Shown: piece by piece, positions 29,611-33,604 of the stretch
Layout of the letters: the number at the start of each line of letters is the position of its first letter
Position numbering within the stretch: position 1 is the stretch's first letter
Program-made: the position numbers and the translations under genes
Notes under the pieces: generated by a model
The model's database searches: none
Told to the model about the DNA's origin: nothing
The model's input: only the letters and a program-made list of their open reading frames with translations
Virus record (IMG/VR): IMGVR_UViG_3300030330_005856
Coordinates: 1 to 33,604 of that record
Direction: 5' to 3' (one strand)
From: a virus
Taxonomy: Duplodnaviria > Caudoviricetes
Length of the DNA: 33,604 nt

Positions 29611-30944
29611 TTTACCTCGTACCTATTTTTTGTAAATTTAATTGTATCTTCTAATCTTAACCTATTTCTATATTCACTAAAAGATATACGAACACCCCAA
29701 TTCATATGTTCTAAAATATCTTTTTTACTTACTGATTTTTTCTTATGAATAAAATCTAAAATTCTTTTATATGATTCTGTATCTGACATCGGTTTTAGTT
29801 TTTCAAAATACTTCCAACCACCAAACCACTTATCAACTCTATTACTCCACCTAAATCCTTCCAACTTTGGTTCTAAATAAAAGTTAGCTTCATCTCTCAT
29901 ATAATCATTGTCTAATACATTTTCAATTGTATCTTTAAAACTTTGAGAGTCATTAGCTTTGTAAAGTAATGGGTATTGTTCTCCCACCATCTCTGGATAA
30001 CACATCCCGTTAGGGAGAATGTATGGAACACCTTGACTTAAGCCATCAGTTGTTGAAATACTCCAAGCAGAATATTTTTGAAAACAACCAATACCCATAT
30101 GCATTGAACGAACAAAATTCAAATAATCATCTCTACTACTTAACTTAACTCTTTCAGCGTAGGGTCTATCTAAATCTGCTAATGTTAAATATACTTTGAA
30201 GTCTTGTCGTTTTTCCCATAGTTCATCCATTCGTTTAACGAACCAAGCCCAACCAGTATACTCATTGTCTCTATGATTAAATAAAATTGTTTTTGGTTTA
30301 TGTTTGTGTCCAGTAGAAATATCATCAACACCAAGATAATGTGGTTGAATTATTTTTTCTAATCTATCCGTCACATCTTTGGTATAAATCAATTTTGACT
30401 TTTCTATAATTAAATCTTTTAACCATTTAGTATTAACACCACACTCTTCCATTTCCAATGTACCAGCTATATTATGCATTAACATTGACTTAGCATATGC
30501 TGTATTCTCTGGTACTTCATACCAATGACAATATCCAATAAACTTTGGGTTGATGTTTGTTTCATTTACAAACATATTTGATAATTGTAAAGTGTGTTCA
30601 GGTAAATGTGAATACACAATATCATAATCATTCTTTTTCCAATCAATGGTTTTTAATAATTGTTTATGATTGAAATGAGTTCTCATAGCGTTTGGATATG
30701 ATGGTAATTCAATTGGTAGTTGAGTTGTGTTTGGAAATATCAAACTCTTAACTTCATAAGGTGAAAGTATTGTCCAATGAATATCGTTACGAACTTTGTT
30801 TAGTTCCTTGATAACATTTCTTAATACAACTACATATGAATCTTTTTCTAAGTCTTTCATGTAAGTTATGTTAGGGTATACCAGCACTTTGTACTGGTAT
30901 ACTCTATCATTATCTTGTTCTTTTGTAAAGTTAAATATATTCAT
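29607..30944 (-). CDS. GT-B fold (group 1/GT4-like) glycosyltransferase
   Basis: YDIVYSHLPE, GYCHW, ILFNHR, and C-terminal SAWSISTTDGLSQGVPYILP...YPEMV nucleotide-sugar binding region; short possible winged-helix tail. Confidence 0.75.
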   Translation of the reverse strand: MNIFNFTKEQDNDRVYQYKVLVYPNITYMKDLEKDSYVVVLRNVIKELNKVRNDIHWTILSPYEVKSLIFPNTTQLPIELPSYPNAMRTHFNHKQLLKTIDWKKNDYDIVYSHLPEHTLQLSNMFVNETNINPKFIGYCHWYEVPENTAYAKSMLMHNIAGTLEMEECGVNTKWLKDLIIEKSKLIYTKDVTDRLEKIIQPHYLGVDDISTGHKHKPKTILFNHRDNEYTGWAWFVKRMDELWEKRQDFKVYLTLADLDRPYAERVKLSSRDDYLNFVRSMHMGIGCFQKYSAWSISTTDGLSQGVPYILPNGMCYPEMVGEQYPLLYKANDSQSFKDTIENVLDNDYMRDEANFYLEPKLEGFRWSNRVDKWFGGWKYFEKLKPMSDTESYKRILDFIHKKKSVSKKDILEHMNWGVRISFSEYRNRLRLEDTIKFTKNRYEVK

Positions 30945-32152
30945 TATATTCCTATTTTATCAGAAAAACAATTAACTTTTGTTTTTTTCTGCGACTTATC
31001 GATTTGTAAAGAACCATAGTATGTAGATAAACCTTTTGATTTTGCTAACTCCTCTAAATTAATATTAGCAAAAGCTCTACCAGCTCTTTTCCATACTTTT
31101 TCATCTGTCTGACCATAAGAAACATAACATCTATCATAATCAGGTGAAAAACCCACAAATATAAAATAACCAATCTTCGGATTTTTACAAACAAACCTAA
31201 CTTTATTTCCATCTTTAATTAAGCAAGTTTTTACCTCTATACCACCATTATACAATTGAAATTGAATATCTTCATCGTTATGAGATTTTGGTGGAAAGGC
31301 TACAGTATAATCACTATTCTGATATCTATGATTAATAGAATTGGATAAGGCATTTGTAAATACCTCATGTACTAATCCACCAATGGTGTTCTGTTGTATG
31401 TTATTAAATGCACATATTTTACCACCATCTCTAGAATTAATTTTAATTGTCTTTAATGTATTCATAGCGTGTGATACAGAGTTAACCGCATAGATAACAT
31501 CTTCTTTCGTAACGGCTTCTTCCATTATTTTTGATTGTCCCATAACTGCAGGTGGTTTGGAATCCATTTTCATTAATTCAACTGCTTTACCTGGCGACAA
31601 TTTATTTCCATTAGACTCTATTACTCTTGTGAATAAATCAGGTCTACCAACTTCTAATTTTTCTAAAAGATTATAAGTATAGTAACTCATTTGTGCTGCT
31701 GAACAAATATCTTCCATAATAAGTTTTCTCGGTATTATCTCATTATTTTCTTTTTCCCAAGCATCTATGGTAACTACAATTTGATTATATTGTCTTTTTA
31801 AATCACCCGTTCTACTCTGATTTTCCATTTGTAAAGACATCATATTTTCATATTCAGATTTTGGTTTATCTGATATTGAATATGTATAAGGGATGTGTGT
31901 ATAACCTAATGCTAAACACGCTCTCGTCCTCGCATGTCCTGATTTTATTTTATTGGTACCGGGATATATTAGTATTGGATTTTTTAATCCGATGTCTTTG
32001 ATACTTCCTTTAAGACTATCAAAGTAATCTTTATCATCAGCACCATACAATCGTACATTATCTTCATCGAATTTTAATTTAGAAATCTCAATGTTTCCAT
32101 CGGATTTTTCGGTTACCCCTTTTTTAAATGGGGAGTTTATTTTTTTAGCCAT
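30944..32152 (-). CDS. ParB/Srx N-terminal domain fused to a PD-(D/E)XK restriction-endonuclease-like domain
   Basis: LKGSIKDIGLKNPILI...IKSGHARTRACLALG...ENQSR (ParB-N); C-terminal IGGLVHEVF...DEDIQF...GIEVKT. Confidence 0.7.
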   Translation of the reverse strand: MAKKINSPFKKGVTEKSDGNIEISKLKFDEDNVRLYGADDKDYFDSLKGSIKDIGLKNPILIYPGTNKIKSGHARTRACLALGYTHIPYTYSISDKPKSEYENMMSLQMENQSRTGDLKRQYNQIVVTIDAWEKENNEIIPRKLIMEDICSAAQMSYYTYNLLEKLEVGRPDLFTRVIESNGNKLSPGKAVELMKMDSKPPAVMGQSKIMEEAVTKEDVIYAVNSVSHAMNTLKTIKINSRDGGKICAFNNIQQNTIGGLVHEVFTNALSNSINHRYQNSDYTVAFPPKSHNDEDIQFQLYNGGIEVKTCLIKDGNKVRFVCKNPKIGYFIFVGFSPDYDRCYVSYGQTDEKVWKRAGRAFANINLEELAKSKGLSTYYGSLQIDKSQKKTKVNCFSDKIGI

Positions 32153-32232
32153 AGCTATCTCCTATCTTGTTTTTAGTTAGTGGTGGTCGATTTCGGCTTC
32201 GAGTTAGCACGATAGGCGACTTCACCGTCTTT
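32153..32232 (-). promoter_or_regulatory. Candidate structured 5' leader RNA (stem plus possible SD-sequestering pseudoknot)
   Basis: GC-rich patch in an AT-rich intergenic region: GGUG-AA-GUCG...CGAC-CACC stem; loop CCUAUCGUG is 8/9 complementary to CAAGAUAGG, which overlaps the AGGAG SD. Confidence 0.45.
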
Positions 32233-32288
32233 ATTGTATATATATATAGTTTTTTTTAAAACCATCAGTTTTTTTTTATATTTTATTA

Positions 32289-33101
32289 TTAATTTATAAA
32301 TTTGTTTAATCCGTTTTGATATTTAGAACTATTATAAGCTTCTTTGTATTTAAATTTAAAATGTGAAATCATTCCTAAATGTTTTACTTCAACATCTTTT
32401 TTCATATACACAAAATCTTTGTATCTTGGATGTGTTGCCAGTTTCATATTCTCATCGTGATGGACTTTAGCATCTCTAAATTCAGAACATCCCCCACCTT
32501 GCCACATACCCATCTCTGCTGGAAACTCATCTGTTCTTCTGTTTACATAACCTCTCATAAGACATTCCAAATTCAACATACTATCTTCTGCAACTTTAAC
32601 AAAGTTCCAATCAACATCGTCTTTCCATTTACTAAATACTTTACCATTAATAACATGTACTCCAGCTATCTCACAGAAGTCTTGTGTTTTTACTGGTGCT
32701 GGTGGTAACCAAGATGGACGACAACCCATATGCATAATACCATCTTCCATCCAAGTATTAAACATTTCAAATAACTCATCCATATCTTGTTCAGTACAAT
32801 CTCTTTTAGAACCTTCCATATTTGGTTCTTCACCATAATACTTTTTATTTCTTCTATGAAAAACTATATCATCATCAACCATCATAAATTTACTATTACC
32901 TGCATGATTGTAAATTTCATTTCTTGTAGCTGCTATACCAATTAAATTATCGACTTCTAAATATTCAACATCATATTTGTATTGTGGTCTTTCATCTTTC
33001 TGAACTACCATTATAACTTTTTCTTTATATTTATCAGGTAACCTTTCAAATGTTTTCTGTTCATTTACCCTACGAAATGTTGGTATGTAAATTCTATCCA
33101 T
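32289..33101 (-). CDS. GT-A fold glycosyltransferase, TET-associated (TAGT)/GREB1-like; putative DNA-base glycosyltransferase
   Basis: IYIPTFRR, GIAATRNEI, MMVDDDI (DxD), AEDSMLNLECLMRGY, GGGCS. Confidence 0.78.
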   Translation of the reverse strand: MDRIYIPTFRRVNEQKTFERLPDKYKEKVIMVVQKDERPQYKYDVEYLEVDNLIGIAATRNEIYNHAGNSKFMMVDDDIVFHRRNKKYYGEEPNMEGSKRDCTEQDMDELFEMFNTWMEDGIMHMGCRPSWLPPAPVKTQDFCEIAGVHVINGKVFSKWKDDVDWNFVKVAEDSMLNLECLMRGYVNRRTDEFPAEMGMWQGGGCSEFRDAKVHHDENMKLATHPRYKDFVYMKKDVEVKHLGMISHFKFKYKEAYNSSKYQNGLNKFIN

Positions 33102-33604
33102 TATCTTCCAACTTCTCCTAAGTATTTTTCTTTACATTCATCCCAAGTCATCCCTAATATATCTGAATAATAAAGTATGTCAGATTTTATTCTATCCTCT
33201 GTATGTAACTTAGTATATCTTTTAATTGCTTTTCTTTTCCACCATTTATTAATGTATTCAGAACCTTGAGCAAATTTTGGTCTCATAATCAATTCATCAG
33301 CATTGATTTCATTTCTTAAAAACTCTCTACCGTTTTCATAGAATGAACTAAAGTAAACCCCACGTTTGAATCCGTGATTGTAATCTACTTTTCTAATTCC
33401 CAATTCACCAAACATATAATTTATTAAAGTTTGTTTAACTCCAGTTGGAGGACCTGATATACCTTCTTTTGGTGTCATAATTTTTTTATAGTCATCAGCT
33501 CTTTCACTCTTCATCCATTCTAGCCACGGTTTATAAACTGAATCATCAGGCTTCAATGCAATCTTACCAGCAGATTCACCGAGAGTTTTCCAAAGTGGTA
33601 TTCC
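33101..33604 (-). CDS. C-terminal part of a DUF4338/Druantia DruA-like (GNAT/Mom-related) protein, truncated at the right edge
   Basis: The frame is open to 33604: GIPLWKTLGESAGKIALKPDD...GPPTGVKQ...HGFKRGVY...WWKRKAIKRY. The W..LG.S.G and HG..RGVY motifs recall DUF4338 proteins. Confidence 0.55.
   Translation of the reverse strand, partial: GIPLWKTLGESAGKIALKPDDSVYKPWLEWMKSERADDYKKIMTPKEGISGPPTGVKQTLINYMFGELGIRKVDYNHGFKRGVYFSSFYENGREFLRNEINADELIMRPKFAQGSEYINKWWKRKAIKRYTKLHTEDRIKSDILYYSDILGMTWDECKEKYLGEVGR

Larger units (their letters stand above)
1..33604 (-). other. Segment of a large T4-like myovirus genome
   Basis: gp5-like/gp25/gp6/gp7-like baseplate genes, gp55-like sigma, primase and RuvC; single coding strand; no host housekeeping genes or integrase in the window. 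Confidence 0.9.

Noticed and set aside
30944-32152. ParABS partition system
   Set aside because: No ParA gene or parS-like repeats in the window, and the C-terminus looks like a nuclease rather than a ParB dimerisation domain.
32175-32232. tRNA, CRISPR repeat or terminator reading of the GC-rich intergenic patch
   Set aside because: No cloverleaf or TTC loop geometry, single copy, and no U-tract after the stem on the coding strand.
32237-32248. (TA)n run as a microsatellite or definite promoter
   Set aside because: Short and expected in AT-rich DNA; it loosely resembles the late motif but the match is too weak to call.
62-32708. All plus-strand ORFs in the track (e.g. 62..250, 1691..1951, 19691..20101, 25201..25440, 32379..32708)
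   Set aside because: Short, antisense to well-supported minus-strand genes, with no recognisable motifs; treated as shadow ORFs.
33554-33556. TTG start for the last ORF
   Set aside because: The frame stays open with conserved-looking sequence to the window edge, so the gene is truncated rather than 151 aa.
1-33604. Stop-codon reassignment (alternative genetic code)
   Set aside because: Genes are long and tile the strand under code 11; TAG (2114, 11038, 27356, 28867) and TGA (1597, 29607) fall at sensible gene ends.

Overview
AT-rich window from a large tailed dsDNA bacteriophage, most likely a T4-like myovirus from an aquatic or marine setting. Every credible gene lies on the minus strand and genes are tightly packed, often with overlapping stop/start codons and AGGAG Shine-Dalgarno sites. 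In transcription order (right to left) there are four blocks. (1) A putative DNA-modification block: a truncated DUF4338/DruA-like protein, a GT-A (TAGT/GREB1-like) glycosyltransferase, a ParB-N/PD-(D/E)XK nuclease fusion with a structured leader, a GT-B glycosyltransferase and an HD hydrolase. (2) A small membrane protein and a gp55-like late sigma factor, followed by a terminator. (3) A ~25 kb late baseplate/tail module: gp5-like spike, gp25, gp6, DNRLRE-like and LamG proteins, two large paralogous PKD-like proteins, a 2003-aa gp7/P2-gpI-like wedge protein, and three smaller tail/baseplate proteins. (4) A RuvC-like resolvase, a primase and a truncated eukaryote-type phosphomannomutase that the ORF track missed. 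The most unusual signals are a dockerin/EF-hand-like 'GRPDIA' module shared by three virion proteins alongside a cohesin-like domain, the glycosyltransferase plus ParB-nuclease cluster, and a candidate SD-sequestering pseudoknot. All family assignments come from motif recognition by eye; no database searches were run.
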